A program made the position numbers and the translations under genes. Below are positions 46,611-60,032 of a stretch of DNA of 64,000 bases, piece by piece. The notes under the pieces are model-generated. The model did no database searches. It was not told the origin of the DNA and was given only the letters and a program-made list of their open reading frames with translations. Every line of letters begins with the position of its first letter. Position 1 is the first letter of the stretch. Origin of the DNA: Tubulanus polymorphus (lineage: Eukaryota; Animalia; Nemertea); the NCBI RefSeq assembly GCF_964204645.1, contig NC_134033.1, forward strand, positions 4,364,231 to 4,428,230, in the 5' to 3' direction.

Positions 46611-47799
46611 TCGGACCTTGAGAAAATGAGTCTGAAAATTAATTTGGAAAATGAGTCGAACTTCAAGCAATATCTGGGGTCACACGATGACCAGCAGTGG
46701 TAGAAGCAGCGGCAGCGGCAGCGGTAGCAGCAGCAGCATAATATTTTTACTAAATAATGCCATATATGTAGCTCATAACAAGGACTCCATTAATGAACTA
46801 GTTGATGAATAAACTTCGTCGTTACAATCGATAGTTACGACAATACGCGGGAAGCATACAGGTTTAAATTCAGAATTGTATAATCGGTGGGGCTGTTAAT
46901 AAAAGATTTGAGAAATAGCTCGATTGTTCCGACGGTTACTTACCAAAGAACAAAAAGATGCTTGGGATTTGGATATTGGATTACGTATGTAAATAAGTCT
47001 TCGTGTATTCGACGTCGTCGTACCCCGCCATCAGTCCATGGATAATCCTTTTCCGGAGATCGTGAGACTGCAGTTGTTTTAGTCGGAATATTCAAATTTT
47101 CAAATTTTATCATAATAATTTGCTGTAACAGAAAAGAAACACATTAACATATATCGGCAATTAATTTCGCAGCAATATGGTTACATATATTCACATTTTA
47201 AACTTCAGACTCTTGAGACACGCAATTCGTCAATATGAACTAGACATTACAGAACCGTATACCAGTACATAATATTCTTGAATAAAACCTCCCAGTCAAT
47301 TTGTAGTCGACACGAATATACGAGCACCTGGTTACAATACTACAATATTACTGCTAAGTCAGTAAGTGCCCAATTGGCTTGTTTTTGCTCCATTTAAAAG
47401 ATCTATCCTTATCCCTAAACCACTTCTTTCAAACGAGTTGAATACCGATTTAGATCAATTAATCTCGGTTTGTTCAAGTCCAGCGGGGGAACAAATATTT
47501 ACTCATTTATCTGACAATACATCGTAGCATCTGAATAAGAATGTAAACTTTTATCAACAAAAAGCGTTTATCTTAAGGAATCGCCTAAACGAGTACCCGT
47601 ATATAGAGTCACTGCTTAAATTATGCAGGACTTGCACCGGAAACATTGAATTGAGAATTTGTTACGGCATAGAAGCGTGTTTTAAACAATTTAATAACAA
47701 TAAACACCAAGTGCGTAGATAAAGGTCCTCGATCTACTACAGGGCAACTAAGCATAATGCGTCGTAGTGGATATAAAAAATGGAAAGGACTTGTTTGCG

Positions 47800-48121
47800 A
47801 TAGAGCGTCGTTGCGCTGAACGACGCTTCCAGGCCGAAATGTGCTTTTCATGGCGTTTTCAGCGTCTTCGATAATCAACCTCGTCATTTTCCGATATAGC
47901 GGAGCATTGTCGAGAAAATGACTTCTCTCGCCTTGAACGACACTTCAAGGCTGAAAGTTGCTTTTTCAGGCGATTTGTGCGTTTTTGACATTCAACTTTC
48001 CGAGCGAGGTCATTTTTGCGATATAGCGAAAAATTGATGAGAAAACGTTTCTCGCGCTTAACGACGCTTTTAGGCCGATATGTGCTTTCCAGGAGATTTG
48101 AGCATTACGTTCAAACTTTCC
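47800..48121. repeat. Degenerate ~126-bp tandem repeat, ~2.5 copies
   Basis: TCATTTT.CGATATAGCG at ~47885 and ~48010; AACGAC.CTT..AGGC.GA recurs three times. Confidence 0.6.
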
Positions 48122-48378
48122 AACCAGATGTTTCACTTAAAGATATTTCGTCTATTCCACTTTATTCTCGCACAACGATGTATATTTATATATTTTTAAT
48201 ATTGACTAGTGACATTCATAATCTATAATTTTCGCAAAATCACGGTCTATTGTCACCCTATTCCTAAGAATTGATTTTTCTTTTCAGTGTGAACAATAAA
48301 TTTAGAGCTTCAAAAATAATTTATGGTTTAAGTTGTATAAAGTTAGTCCACAATGCCAAGGGCTAATTATCGTGAATC

Positions 48379-49329
48379 ATGAATGCAACTCAAATTCTGA
48401 TTGGCCGAACGTACAGCAGTAACATCGTTCTGATGTCTGTGGTGAACAGGTCTGGAAGCTACCGTGCCGTAGCACTAGCCATTCTGCCTGTCTTGTTTCT
48501 CTTCGGAGCTTTCGGAAATTCGGCTACTTTCTTGATCATGATTAGTCGCAGATTCCGCAGTTTATCTTACGCTAACTATCTGATCGTTTTGTCTGCCAGC
48601 GATTTCCTCTACTGTTCAGATTACACACTGATGCCTGTTTTACAGTTTGTTCTTTTTCATATGAACACTGGTCCTATATTCATGTCGAATTCATTGATCA
48701 GTTGTAATATCTATGAGTTCATAATGGTACTAGCATCCTGCAATAGTTCGTGGTTGATAGTAGCTATTTCTCTAGAACGGACAGCAGTTGTGCTCTTCCC
48801 GTTCACATCTCGTTTGGTATGTACACCGAGATTCGCTAGATATGTTATATTGATAATTACTGCAGCAAATATACTGCTTCTATTTATCACACTAACTTTA
48901 ACGATTCATTTTTCCGACCAGTTTTTCGGATGTTACTATAAATTATCTGACCAAATAATATTTTTTACCATAATCGTCGTCTATGCTAACCTTATACCGT
49001 TAATTTTGATCATTACATCGAATTCTATTATCATAATTCAGTTATTCTCAAGTTCAAAAATACTGTCGTCTGATCGGAAAACTACAAAATCAATACGTAC
49101 AACATTAATGCTTGTAACAGTTTCACTCGCATTTGCGATGTTTACACTTCCAACAACTATTGCGATATTGTTACCGATTTCATCGGGACAACAAGTTTTT
49201 CTTTTGGACATTTTTACACAATTCCATGTTTGCAACTTTGTGGTAAATTTCTACATATATCTTTTACTGGGCCGAGAAATTCGCGAATATTTCTGTATAA
49301 AAATCCGCTGCAGGAATTCAAATCGCTAA
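48379..49329 (+). CDS. Class A GPCR (orphan peptide-receptor-like), single exon, 316 aa
   Basis: GAFGN (TM1), LSASD (TM2), SSWLIVAISLERT (TM3), FTLP (TM6), NFVVNFYIY..REIR (TM7/H8). Confidence 0.88.
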   Translation: MNATQILIGRTYSSNIVLMSVVNRSGSYRAVALAILPVLFLFGAFGNSATFLIMISRRFRSLSYANYLIVLSASDFLYCSDYTLMPVLQFVLFHMNTGPIFMSNSLISCNIYEFIMVLASCNSSWLIVAISLERTAVVLFPFTSRLVCTPRFARYVILIITAANILLLFITLTLTIHFSDQFFGCYYKLSDQIIFFTIIVVYANLIPLILIITSNSIIIIQLFSSSKILSSDRKTTKSIRTTLMLVTVSLAFAMFTLPTTIAILLPISSGQQVFLLDIFTQFHVCNFVVNFYIYLLLGREIREYFCIKIRCRNSNR

Positions 49330-49829
49330 TTTTTGTTTGAGCCATCCTCATTGGTTTTAAATTCATTTTTTTTTCGTTTGAGTTCTTGTAACTGCCAATC
49401 CACATCCGTTAATCCCTTGACTTGGAACCCAATTTGGAGCAGACGCAAACGACGTCCTGCTATGTCCATTTTGCAGAAATGTCGTATACTGGGAGCGGAT
49501 GTTTGCCGAGTGGATCCGAAAAGAAGAAAACCGAATGCGACGAAATCGGCGTCGGAGGCGACAGCAACGACACACAAGATATATTAACGCCGATCCAACC
49601 TCGACGATAACGACAACCACAACCGCCACCCCACACAGAAAAAAGTCCTTGTAAGGACTACTTTGATTTCCAAGAAAGAGACATTGTTAACACGCCTCGC
49701 CTAGCCTCGCTTTTTGCTTCAGTTTTTCCTCAATTTTTTAAACAAACTTTTTTTCCTCGGTGAGTTCGTAGTGCTATAAATTAAAAACCGACTAAATTCA
49801 TATACACAATAGTTTTATTTTATTGTAAT

Positions 49830-50295
49830 ATGCAGAAAATAGGGGAACGAACCCTATACGTGGATACAGACTCCATTATTTGTAGCGTGAAACCTGGTGA
49901 ATGGGATCCGCTTACCGGGAATTTTTTGGGTCATATGAGCGATGAATTGTTAGATAAATACGGTGAGGGGGCGAATATTTCAGAATATGTTTCGGTCGGA
50001 TCCAAAAAGTATGCTTATGGGGTATTTAGTCCTAGAGATAATACATTTTCGACTGAATGTAAAGTTAAATGGATAAATTAGAATTTTCGATAAAAACAAA
50101 GTGTTAACTTGGTAGATATCATTGTCGGTGAAAAGTACGACCATCTTTATATATTAAACCCCGACAAAATTAATAGAAAAATCAAGGAATGCTAAATTTA
50201 CAATGAAGACGAACGCAAAAAAATATCGCGCCGTTTAAACTAAACGAGCTTTTGACCCCGCAGATCGGTATAACACGCTTCCGCACGGCTATTAA
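49830..50295 (+). mobile_element. Polinton/Maverick-type protein-primed DNA polymerase B C-terminal remnant
   Basis: LYVDTDSII (PolB motif C), GNFLGHMSDEL and GSKKYAY, then broken frames ending in NTLPHGY* as is typical of Polinton pPolB termini. Confidence 0.75.
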
Positions 50296-51613
50296 TATAG
50301 CAGATAACGTCGTGTATATGATGATTTATTTATACCATTTATTCTACTTATTGCGTATTGATTATGTATTTTATCTTATTTATTCAATGTATTCTAAATA
50401 AAAACGAAAGAATGACCAAAACGTTAGTTTTTTTATTTCTTAATCTGTGGTTTCCATGTCACGATATCTTTTGCCCGTACTCGTGATTTATGGAAAAGAA
50501 AGCGCCACCTAGGATTCAACTTCACCCAAACTCCCCCTCCACATACACACACGCACAAGATCTCGCAATAGTGGCGCCATCTTGGAATTAATTGTACCGA
50601 TAGATAAATTCTGATTTAACATCGCCAATGATTGAATGTGGATTTGATTTAGTTTGATCTGTATTTAACGAAAACATTGAATATTTCCCGCCAAAAAAAA
50701 AATTGAATTTGGATTTTTTTACTAAAATATTTTTGAATTTGAATTTCCCGCCAAAAATTTAGATTTGAAATTTCCGCCATCTTACCGTACCTTCCGGTCA
50801 CCTTTTTGGATGTCGTTACTTCTTGCATGACGTCATTTCCGTCAGATAGTTCCAAGGAAATGTCATAACAAGGTACGAACCGTACTTTTACTGCCGGATA
50901 TTTCGATTTAGAAATCAAACTTTAGACTGCATTACGTTGTTCGATATTTTCTGGAGTTTATTCATAGCCTGGGCTCAAAAGCCCCGACGCAAATTCATTT
51001 TAGGGCCAATGTTCCAATTTACCATTCCCGGCACATGAAATAATTCGCCGACATCGCAGAAACATGGGGCCATTAAACGAGGCCATGAAAAGATGCATTT
51101 CGGTCAAAATACTTAATAATGAAAGATCGCTGCTTGGACCGTTAGAAAACTGCGAACCCGTTTATCATTTGGTTTACTGTTAAAACTTATCAGTATAGAA
51201 TCCTACAACCAAGAAATAAGCGGTTTCTTTAGGGGATATGGTGATATTCCCTTGTTATTATGAGATTTAGATTATTTTTAATTGAATAAATAAAAGGCCA
51301 CGCAGAATTAAGGGCTTCATATTTTTACGACCCTTTCTTTACAAAAGATAGAAATTGCAAGCAGTAATCCAATTATTTGAATTGATAATTGCTCGTGGCT
51401 TACGCTGTTCCAATTCAGTCGGGAAAGAAACCATTCATTCTCAATTTCGCAAGTTTACGAAATATCCCACATCGCGTCATGATTTTATGAAAAATAGAGC
51501 TTTCAACTTTTACATGCTGCATCAGTATTTTGTGGTAGTCTGTTATTAAAACCGATACTGTCTCTTACTGTTTTCTTGATTTAAGAATATACTGTGGGTC
51601 TCGTTTCGCTCTT

Positions 51614-52286
51614 GACGTATCGGCCCCACTCCACGCGGTTGCGCCACCGCGCGGGATTTACGTGCAGGAGCAGAACACAAACATGGCCACTCTCTCAATT
51701 TTCAATGATAAAAATCGTTTGTGCATTTCAATTATTTCGGCTGTTAGGGTTTTAAGGCACAATATAAGTTGATGATGTGATATGGCGATGTTTAATTAAT
51801 GATAATTCCGCAGTGAAGCTAGTCACGAACGGTGCCGATTGAGCGTATAGCTGCCAAAAACACTGAAATGTGCGTAGTTGCGTAACTATTTGCAGTGAAT
51901 TGCAGAAACATGAAGCCTTAACGGCCGTTTAAAAAAAATTATACCAATCGCAATTGTAAAATAAAAATGATATAGAACCTAAGTTAAAATTCTGGCCATT
52001 TCTAAAATGTTATTACTAACTTTTAGTCAGCGCGGAACGTTTAGTTTTCCAACAATAATGAGGGGTGGTAGGTAGTCGTGCAATTCAAGTCATCATTTAT
52101 TACACGTTACTTCCGTGTTGTTGAAAATCTCCACCTACGTTATTCTCCTGGACCAAACCCCAATGAACAATGTGATCTGTGGGCTGGCCACAAATGCACA
52201 CAGATCACACTACACTACCCATTACATACTCCAGTTCCCACAGCTTTCACATATCCATCCAAATATTTAGTGTCTTTCTTCCTGGT
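51614..52286 (+). repeat. ~670-bp repeat, inverted copy of 35138-35804
   Basis: See 35138-35804; the distal end resembles a decayed LINE ORF2 C-terminus (SFF...LP...SFKAIL). Confidence 0.9.
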
Positions 52287-53456
52287 TTACCTGTTCGTGC
52301 AACTACCACAGGGAACTGACAGCACCATATATTGGTTCCTTTAAAGCCATTCTAACTAAACTGGTACTACAGTAATTTTTACGTTGTAGCCCTTATGGCT
52401 CCACATATCCATATTTCTTCGAAATAGCCGTATGCCATTATCTTAAGAGAATCATTTTGACGAAATCTTGGTACGCTTTGCAAATTCCATACCAGTAACG
52501 CAAAAACCGTCATCGCTGCGTCGCAGCTATATTTTCATTTTCAATAACCTATCATCTAGATTTTTAATCTTCTGCATGGCAATAAAGTCGAAGCCTCGAA
52601 CATAAATGTTGTCGATGTGACCACTGATGCGATGTTCTTGTAGCCACGAAGTTCTTTTGACGTCTGAAGCTACAGTTTCAAACCCCGCAGGGCTTTCAAC
52701 TGAAACGGGCCCCGAATTTAAAATCGGAGCAGATTCATTTAAAAACTTATTAAATTTAAAACATGGAACTGACCGCAGTATGTACGAGTAAGGGAGGTAA
52801 TGTCTACATATCAATTCTCATCCCGAATTTGGATCTACAAAATCTTGAAGAAACGATGAGTTTTGAATTGTCTTTAGAATTGCGTGGTTTATGCGGAACA
52901 CCTTGCTTTCATAGCTAGTTCCGATTATATTATAACTGACACATATCTCCACGTCCTGTGAGTTTCTGTGCTCCGTCACTCTTGTTTTTAGTCACTCCAC
53001 CTCGTGTTGGCTGTAGTTAATCGACAGCCGAAAAACTGTGGATTCATTTCATTATATAAAACTTATATAAGACTCGAGACTTCAATCATTCATCTACAAT
53101 CTAAACAGATAAGAGGTTTTCATTCTACTAATGAATTGAAGAACATGTTGTGGATTACATTCCAGGCACCTGCCAACAATTTATGCTGCATTCATCTCGA
53201 TGAAGAGAACATAAATCGCGATGAAAAGAATCAACAGTAGAACTTTTGAATTATACGCTCGAAATGATTTTCAAAATGAATCGTACAGAAAGTAACAACC
53301 TAAACTAATGTATAAGGGCGCACTCACAATCGCAGCAGGTTGATTTAATTCACTCCAATCCTAAAACTGATAACAATATTCATCCGCGCTCATTTAGTTG
53401 TAGAATACACAATTCGATATACACGCGCCTTCTAAAGGAATATATGCGCCTTGGAT

Positions 53457-54407
53457 ATGAATCACTCATCTCTACCGATATTTCTTTATTATACCGCGAG
53501 TCTTGCCCAGTCGGCGCCTCGTTACGGATCAAAACGATTGCGTGATGTACAAACTATAACTTTACCGATCATCGCCTTTTTCGGGATAATCGGAAATGTT
53601 TGTAGTTTTCTAGTGATGACAAGTAAAAAATTCCGTGTGTTTTCATACGCTCAGTATCTAGCAGCGCTTTCTGTTTTTGATACTTTAAGTCTGCTAGGTT
53701 ACACTTTACCTTGCATCGATTACGTATCTTATCCAAACTTTTCACTTCAATTCAACAACCCGGCAACGTGTAGATTATATGAATATTGTTTCGCAGTTGC
53801 GGATGCGACGGGTGCGTGGTTAGTGATCATTATCAGCGTTGAACGTTTGTCTATAGTCGTTTGGCCATTTGCGGCGAGAAGAATTGCGACACCATCGTTT
53901 TCACGAAAAGTTATGATCGTCCTAATTATATTGATTTCAACCGTTTTTATTTTTCTACTCGTCCACGCAGGTCACGATGAAATTATGAATTTATGCTATA
54001 TTTCCACGTATTGGGGAGTTGTGTACTACTCAGTAGGGCCTATGCTCACTATTTTCATACCAAGTGCGTTTATTTCCATACTGAATTTAATTCTAGTGAT
54101 TACTTTACGTAAATCTCGATCTTTCGGTGACAGCAACAAAAAAGAAATATCAAATAGAAAGGCTACAATCGTTGTGATTTCAGTGTGTATTTGCTTTATC
54201 ATTTTAACGTTTCCTAATATGACAGTTGCGGCATTATACAGCGCTTTTTCATATTCGGTCAGTTTTTTCGAATCGTCTATAATTACAACTATATATGCCG
54301 CAAACAAAGCCATCAATTTCTACATATATCTTTTAACGGGCGATGAAATCAGACAGTTTATCATAAACAAGACGAAAGCAGCATGCCACAGGCGCAAGGC
54401 AATGTAA
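53457..54407 (+). CDS. Class A GPCR (orphan peptide-receptor-like), single exon, ~316 aa
   Basis: GIIGN, LSVFD, AWLVIIISVERL, LTFP, NKAINFYIY..DEIR; same subfamily as 48379-49329. Confidence 0.88.
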   Translation: MNHSSLPIFLYYTASLAQSAPRYGSKRLRDVQTITLPIIAFFGIIGNVCSFLVMTSKKFRVFSYAQYLAALSVFDTLSLLGYTLPCIDYVSYPNFSLQFNNPATCRLYEYCFAVADATGAWLVIIISVERLSIVVWPFAARRIATPSFSRKVMIVLIILISTVFIFLLVHAGHDEIMNLCYISTYWGVVYYSVGPMLTIFIPSAFISILNLILVITLRKSRSFGDSNKKEISNRKATIVVISVCICFIILTFPNMTVAALYSAFSYSVSFFESSIITTIYAANKAINFYIYLLTGDEIRQFIINKTKAACHRRKAM

Positions 54408-55388
54408 CAAAGCGCAAGACGTAAATTTGGTTGTCTGAACTATTGTGATACAAACATTTGAAGAAGAAATTTGTTATCGGAAAAACTCTGCTTGAAATCG
54501 AAACTTGCAGATTCGTCGATCGATGATGAATACGAAAATTCACGTAAATTCTTACTTATTACAAACGCATTGGCGAAGAGGCACGGCCGGCAGGAAACAC
54601 AATAAAACATATAAATTACCATTGACTTTTGATTGGCTTTAGAAAATTTCATCTCTTAAAAATTGTTGACTGGTTTAACCAGTCAATCAAACGTAGTTTA
54701 CTGAATTTCAACGTAATACGTTATACGTAGTAAACTACATTTGATTCTAGTTTTATAACTGCAAGCTTTGGACAATGTATATCATTGAACACATACAAAT
54801 ACAAAGATGTAGATATTCAATTTTTTGTTCATTTGTTTTGAGGTCACTTTATTTAACTTGCAAACTAAACTTTCTCCTTCATTCTATTACAAGTTTAAAG
54901 TAAATGCAAGTTTTGTGTAAATGTAAAAGAAAAACCGCTTGGAGTTTTAAATAAATAAATAAACCGAGTTAATTATGAACAATCAACGTACTTAATTGGA
55001 ACGAGTAAAGCGCATTCTAATTAAATCACTCAACTTCATAGCTGTTACGCATCTGGATAACGGGTTTTCGAGTGCATTTCTTTTTTAAATGTCTGCTATT
55101 TGATGTTCCGAAGTAATATCGAAATCCATTAATGGAGGTATATATTACCCACTGTTACTATCTGACGGTTTTATTATTCCTGTACAAATTGGACAAATTA
55201 GTGAAGCGTCAAAAACCGCCATAAACATATTAATAATTCACTCCTGATCTATATAGTAATTGTCACGACACGATATTTAACGCATCACCGGTTTTATTGT
55301 CGTTTTCGCACAATGATTTCAACTGTAAATTTAATGATGAAATCGGAAGTGTTACAGTAATGAAACATGTACCGGGTTTCCGTGTTTC

Positions 55389-56809
55389 TCACGGGTTGTA
55401 CTGACATAAAAAGTCGTTGTGATTGTTGCAAGGAATATCATTATATCTTTCTGTATCGATGTACCACTGAATACAGCGTTCGTGCCGATAGTTCGGTTCC
55501 CCGTTGTCCCAGGGTAGGATTGCGACAATGGTATTATCTGATCTCCAAACCCACGGGCCGCGCATTGACCCGGAATTCGTCTGCAAATCATATCCACCTA
55601 ACATAGGTTTATAAACGACTTCTGAAAAAGAAATATTAATGTTAGAAATAATTGTGCACTCCATTTTAACCATTTTAAGGGTGGCGCCTTTTGAGCCGGT
55701 AACTCAAAAGGATAACTGATATATGGTGTGAAAACTGAAGATACAGTATGGCAGTAACTAACCAGAGCAAATGGCCTAAGAGCTTCAGATAATATGTGTT
55801 GATTTAGACTCCTTTATATTCGCGATCCCACATCTAAATCGACAACCTGGCATTATTACCGAAAAGTTCATTCAAACTCGTTTAATTATAGGAATTTGGC
55901 TACAAAAATGATTATACTTTGTTTCTTATTTCTGTAGAGTTTAAAAGTTGACCCGGCCGGCCACCCAATCTACCGTGCATCACTTTTTTAATCATGATCA
56001 AACTAACAATAACAGACCCGACAGTAATAGTAATAGTAATAGAAACTCATTACTAATTTTATGGCAGTTTACAAAACTTACTCGGTCGATTAGGAGAAAC
56101 AAGGTATGAATTTATTCTAGCTTTAAAATCTATCAATATGAAGTTAGACGTACCATTTTTGTCGATGAGATATTTCCTCAAGGCAGCCCTCGATTGTGAA
56201 GTGCGGGGTTCGGCAAGTATCCAACCGTGATAGGTACAGAAACTTGCCGCGTCTGTGACGGTCGCACTTTTATAAGCGTTACTGTTCCATCGGAAAACGT
56301 GATAGCAAATTCCATTCGCGACGAAAAATCCAAATCGACAAGATCCGTGTTCTACAAACGGAATATATAATATATATATACATATCCGATATTCTCATAA
56401 AGACGATTTCAAATAGCCCGATTAACATGATTTATGCCAATATTCTAGAGCTTCTCTAGAGCTGGAATCATTTATTCACTTATGAATTAAAAATACGTTG
56501 TAAGTTCTCGAGAAAAATACCTTTATCGTGTTTGTACATGACAATTTTCGTTTTTCCTGATGCTCTGTATTTCACCAGCTCGTTGTCGAACAGGTAACAT
56601 TCGTCGACGCCGTGAGATTTCGTCGAATCGACGTCGAAACCCCGACAATTCGTCCCTTCGCCCAAACAGCGCAGCGCGCATTCACCGCGCGACCCGACTG
56701 TCGACTTCTACGGTTTTGCAGACGCGTCGACCGTCATCGTATAGAACTCTCGAAACTCGGACGCGACGCTGACTATCAGACAAATAAACGGGATGAATTT
56801 AGCGAACAT
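55389..56809 (-). pseudogene. Secreted PAN/apple + C-type lectin (EPN) gene with one in-frame TAG
   Basis: Exons 56809-56521, 56351-56154 and 55621-55389 with phase-1 GT-AG introns. Signal MFAKFIPFICLIVSVAS; PAN ECALRC..CRGF..CYLF; CTL WDNGEPN..C..YNDIPC..FLCQ. TAG at 56710-56708 (codon 34). Confidence 0.75.
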
Positions 56810-57032
56810 GTCGTGGAGAAAATGTGCTACACGTAACGTAAGAACTGTTCAATGCATGGAACTAATCACCAGTTACAGATTCCAGCTAAACCGCGTGCGG
56901 CATCCTGTGTGTGTCCAGATAATACGTAGTCAACCTCGCATAAATCGCTTCGATACAAGTAGCGAAATCGTTAGCGAAGGTTGCAGTTTCAAAACCTCTT
57001 TCAAATAGTGCTTTATGTATAAACCGCTATTT

Positions 57033-60032
57033 TATCTAGAGTCACCATGTCAAAAATGAGACAGCACGAAATGGCTTCAAAATGATGACTTAAAAAGTTC
57101 GTAGCCACTATAATCTACATGTAGAATAATTGTAATAAATTGTTGAATCTAATTCTGTTTCATGTAATGAATTTCAATGTTTACAATAAAACACTGACGT
57201 TCACTGGTACGAAAAACAACCGCTTCTATTACGAGATCATATAGAATTGAGAGGAAGCCTCAATAACAAGAAACGAGTGATTCATGAATTAAAAAACCGC
57301 ATCTTCTAAAAATATACCCGAGAAATATCGACAGCAAAACAAACAGCGCGCGCCAAAAATCAGCTCAAATATCAATGAAATTAAATCAACCAAATAAACC
57401 AGAAACCCAGGTACCACAGGAATAGGGCCGGACCGGGTTGGGTGAGGTGGGTGCTGCCTGAAACCAGTTGTACGTAAGTAAATGTCATTTGTATTTTATG
57501 AGAAGTAGAGTTCAGTACTGTTCAACTCTTCATCTTACTCAAATCACACTTAACTCACAAACTGTCAAACATTTTCATTCCAGTTCGATTGTAAATAAAT
57601 GCAACTTTTACTGTTAAAAAATTCCGCTTGAAATTACATCTGTATTTTATATCAACAGCTGAAATTATGTTCTAATTCAAAGATCTATCAACTAACTATT
57701 TTAACCTAACCTATATAATCGGCCTACCCATTCAGGCTAAGGTTTGGGGGTAGGGAGGGGGATACTGAAATAGAGAGACATGTTATACAGGTCACACCGG
57801 AATTCTTCAGTCACTCTGTCATCATCATTCAACTTCATGTTCAATCTTCTGTGACTAGGGGGTCTTGTTCTTCTCACTGAAGTAGAACATACAGGCCGTA
57901 CCTGAATCGGGCCACTCTGTTGTGTGCTGGTGGTGAAGACACGTACTCTGTGGCCTAGTCTTCTGGGGTCTTGTCTCAGCGATGACCCTGAAATTGTCAT
58001 GTTTATTTCAAGTCAAATATTTACATAATAGGCGTTGTCTTTTAAAACAATAAATTTGAAAAATCGGAAATTCTGAAAAAAATTAGAAAAAAAACCTGAA
58101 AATAGAGAGAGACCCTGGAAAAAAGAAGCATGAAATACAGGATCCTGAAATAAAGATATTAGGCATAAGTAATAAACAAACTTCTTTTTCTATCTGTAGA
58201 CCCAGAGACCCACAGGACCCTCGACGCAGATAGCACCCTATTTACTAATTAACGCATTTGATTTAAGATTGTATTAATATTCGTGCACTCCTATAACTTA
58301 CTAACTCACCGAGTAAGTTCCTAAACTAACTAATCCTATAAAACATAATTTCAGCTGTTAATGTTTTTCTAACTCACAGTTTATCCAATCCTGTGTGTGT
58401 AATGTGTGAATCCAGTAATAATCCTTAAGTCAATTTGAATCCTAGTGTTTTTGATAACAGTTCAGTTTTTTAGCACACTTCTTATCAACCGGAAGTTTGA
58501 GCACGAATCCATTCCAAATAAATCCTGAACAAGAAGACAAATCAAATTCCATTTAATTACCAGTAACAGCGCGATTCCATTCAGAATACATCCTAATATG
58601 TTCACAAGAGGTGTCTACTTTTTATGTGAGACAATTTGAGCACCTCTGTCCAGACTTGTAAACCATACCATTGCGATAACCTCTAGGTGTGAACATACAC
58701 AGATAATCTGTGCGAACGACGAATTGTCGAACACAATGAAGCTTCGTATTTAATATTATCTAACTATCGGGGTCAGTGGTCATAATCCATCTTCGCTCTA
58801 TAAACTGCGCGGCTCTACAGATATCAATCCATTCTGAACTGCATGAAGTATATATCAATATAGTGAATCAGATACAAGAAATATCTAATAGCAGTTGATT
58901 TCATTTGAAAATTTAATAATCAAATTTGATGATGCCGCTAACACCATGTCGTGCTGACAAAAAACATTCTCAATCTGTGATCGGACGCATAATTAGTCAT
59001 ACTCGTCGATGATTGGCTAATTGGTACGAAATATGCATAACCTAAACTGTATGAAACGTTTCGATGCGACCTGCGCGTCACGTGCGCATTTGACACATTT
59101 CACGTGACTTTTCTTACTTTCTACCGAAGGTCATTGAATCTGTATCGGAATCTGTTCATTTCAGATATACAGTAAACCCCGAATCCTGGCTACAACAAAA
59201 ATCATTTTCTGATTTCCTGATATATTTTACGACCTTTATCTCGGACGTCGCTTACCTCGGAGCGATGAAGTGATAAAGAATAAAATGAGAAGACGCGCAA
59301 TCGAAATATTATCAGTGTTGTTAATGGTTTCGCAAAATTGTTTTTTTTCTAATTCGTGATTTTATCGATTTGATTGCGCGAAACGTTCATTGAGAGCTGT
59401 GTTTATATGGACGGGTTAGAACAGTTATTTGTGTTATTCGATGTAACTTTATTCAAACATCGTCAACCCGTTTTCTAGGAGTCCAATTATAACTCGAAAT
59501 ACGTTATCGGTATTTGCTGCATTTTGTTGGCTCGTTATGAGCACAGTTTCAATTCTACCGCTGTCATCGTCGTCTTACTTGGTTGGTGATGGTTCCCTGA
59601 AAAGTCAATAGCGAACAAGTCCATACACGCTACAACACGAAGTGTTTTACTGTGACGCAGAATATTATGAGGTATAGATAGAAAATGTCATCGAATATTA
59701 TCAAAAACTGAACGAAGTTCGGGATCGACAGTAAATATATTTTTAGAGAAATAATCGCGCATGATTATAAACACGATATATTGAGACACGTCTTAATTTA
59801 GAAACCGCGGTAATTACAGCGAAACCGAGAACAGAAGAAAGTTTCACAAATACGAGACTGGCGTCAGTTTGATGGGAGATCTTTTTAACAAAATAATTAG
59901 ACTCTGATCCATTCGTCAACTTTTCATATTAGCAAATTCGTCATTACATTGCAGTTACTCTCTAGAGAAATGTCGTGCAAACTTGGGAAGAGTTAGAAAT
60001 GTGTTTGTCTTGAAGCGTAAATTGTGTTCAAT
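57033..60032 (+). repeat. Repeat R plus duplicated upstream block of GRL101-like copy C
   Basis: Matches 32965-34993 and 6643-8660. Confidence 0.9.
59450..59580 (+). pseudogene. ~130-bp GRL101-like 7TM fragment upstream of copy C
   Basis: Equivalent to 8099-8229, with small indels. Confidence 0.88.

Noticed and set aside
49326-49629. Cluster of overlapping short ORFs after the GPCR
   Set aside because: Locally GC-richer sequence with no recognisable motif; cannot support a gene.
35138-52286. Single giant transposon with 670-bp TIRs
   Set aside because: No TSD, diverged arms, no internal transposase, and the outer end looks LINE-derived; kept only as an inverted repeat pair.
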